DNA of 46,786 nt. Origin: Candidatus Nanopelagicales bacterium. GTDB taxonomy: Bacteria > Actinomycetota > Actinomycetes > S36-B12. Under the pieces are notes generated by a model, which ran no database searches, had not been told where the DNA came from, and was given only the letters and a program-made list of their open reading frames with translations. Below are positions 42,776 through 46,786 of this stretch, piece by piece (positions within the stretch are counted from its first letter, which is position 1; each line of letters opens with the position of its first letter). The stretch is taken from assembly GCA_049315365.1 (NCBI GenBank), contig JBMOKH010000002.1, positions 1-46,786 on the forward strand, read 5' to 3'. The position numbers were made by a program, and so were the translations under genes.

Positions 42776-44225
42776 TCAGCGAACCGTCAGCGGCCGCGCG
42801 GTAGGCGGAATCGGCACCGGAAGCTGCGTGCTCCCGCTCAGGAACAGGTCCACGGCAGCGGCCGCCGCGCGGCCCTCGGCGATCGCCCAGACGATGAGCG
42901 ACTGGCCTCGACCAGCATCGCCGGCGACGAACACGCCGTTGACGTTGGTCGCGTAGTCGTTACCGCGGTCGAAGTTGCCACTGTGGTCGAGCGCCACCCC
43001 GAGCTGGCCCGCGATCGAGCCGACCTCGGGGCCGGTGAAGCCCATGGCAAGCAGCACGACGTCGGCCGGGATCTCGCGCTCGGAGCCCTCGACCGGGCGG
43101 AATCCGCCCTCATGGGCCGCCACCTCGACAAGGCGAAGCGCGCGCACCGATCCGTTGCCGTCGTCGACGAACTCCTTCGTCGACACCGAGAACATACGCT
43201 CGCCGCCCTCCTCGTGGGCACTCGTCGTGCGGTAGACCATTGGATAGGTCGGCCAAGGCTGGCCGCCGGGCCGGGCGGGCGGCGGGGTCGGGAGGATCTC
43301 CAACTGGGTCACCGAGGCCGCGCCCTGTCGATGGGCGGTTCCGAGGCAGTCGGCGCCAGTGTCGCCGCCTCCGATGATGACGACGTGCTTACCGGCGACG
43401 TCCAGCGGCGAATGCACCATGTCGCCCTCGACGACCCGGTTCGCGAGCGGCAGGAACTCCATCGCCTGGTAGATCCCGCGCAGCTCCCGACCGGGGGCCG
43501 GGAGATCGCGCCACACCGTCGACCCCACCGCGATGACGACGGCGTCGTAGCGGTGGCGCAGGTCATCTGCGGTGATGTCGACACCAATGTCGGTGCCGGG
43601 GCGGAACTTCACGCCCTCCGCCTCCATCTGCGCCAGCCGGCGGTCGAGGTGCCGCTTTTCCATCTTGAACTCGGGGATGCCGTAACGAAGCAGGCCGCCG
43701 ATGCGGTCGGCGCGCTCGAAGACGGCGACGGTATGCCCCGCCCTTGCCAGTTGCTGCGCCGCAGCCAGCCCCGCGGGGCCTGAACCGATGACGGCGACGG
43801 TCTTGCCGGAGAGCCGCTCCGGACGCTGGGCCGTGACCCAGCCCTCGTCCCATGCCCGGTCGATGATCGACACCTCGACCTGCTTGATCGTCACTGCATC
43901 CGCGTTGATGCCCAGGACGCACGCGGTCTCGCACGGCGCGGGGCACAGGCGTCCGGTGAACTCCGGGAAGTTGTTCGTCGCGTGGAGACGCTCGCTCGCG
44001 GCCTGCCAGTCGTGCCGAAAGACGAGGTCGTTCCACTCGGGAATGAGGTTGCCGAGCGGGCACCCGTTGTGGCAGAAGGGGATGCCGCAGTCCATGCAGC
44101 GTCCGGCCTGCTTCTCGACCTTGGTCTCGCCGAACTCCTGGTACACCTCGCGCCAGTCCTGGAGCCGGATGTCAACCGGCCGCCTCGCCGGAAGCTCACG
44201 CTCAGTCGTCAAGAAGCCCTTCGGG

Positions 44226-44233
<8 letters not shown>
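42776..44233 (-). CDS. gltD: Glutamate synthase (NADPH) small subunit
   Basis: 485-aa ORF. The N-terminal Fe-S Cys motifs are CMDCGIPFC and CPLGN...CPAPCE. The dinucleotide folds are [12 protein letters not shown] and [12 protein letters not shown]. It overlaps the gltB end by 8 nt. Confidence 0.93.

Positions 44234-46786
<2,553 letters not shown>

Overview
Very GC-rich, actinobacterial-type chromosomal segment. Marker genes are mycothiol-type MscR, mIHF and PyrR. It is almost completely coding, with many 1-, 4- or 8-nt start/stop overlaps. I saw no rRNA, tRNA, CRISPR array, transposase or integrase gene, or long repeat. The window has two parts. (A) About 1-16.5 kb is an accessory-looking catabolic and transport region. 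It holds mscR plus an MBL-fold hydrolase, a minus-strand nitrilase-FAH hydrolase pair, and a divergent plus-strand operon: gentisate-type 1,2-dioxygenase, tartrate/D-malate-type dehydrogenase, two-subunit indolepyruvate:ferredoxin oxidoreductase and DUF2461. A five-gene Liv-type ABC importer and a GntR/FadR-family regulator complete it. (B) About 16.6-46.8 kb is an unbroken minus-strand housekeeping array of 27 genes: gltB(partial)-gltD-pyk-pyrR-pyrB-pyrC-carA-carB-pyrK-pyrD-pyrF-mihF-gmk-rpoZ-coaBC-metK-priA-def-fmt-rsmB-rpe-ribD-ribE-ribBA-ribH-hisE-hisG-thioesterase. I found no defence-type or mobile system. The best lead is in part A. A nearly invariant AT-rich 12-mer (CATTTGATCAAA, containing the perfect palindrome TTTGATCAAA) sits in three promoter regions. 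These are the nitrilase/dioxygenase divergent promoter, the ABC-importer promoter and the regulator's own promoter. This suggests one GntR-controlled regulon for an aromatic or C-N compound pathway whose gene mix matches no pathway I know. Smaller observations: coaBC appears to need a non-canonical CTG start overlapping the rpoZ stop; class-1B PyrD has an 87-aa acidic C-terminal tail; a PyrR-binding hairpin sequesters the pyrR Shine-Dalgarno; three genes show leaderless-promoter geometry; PriA lacks helicase ATPase motifs. All homology calls rest on motifs read by eye and recalled family signatures. No searches were run.
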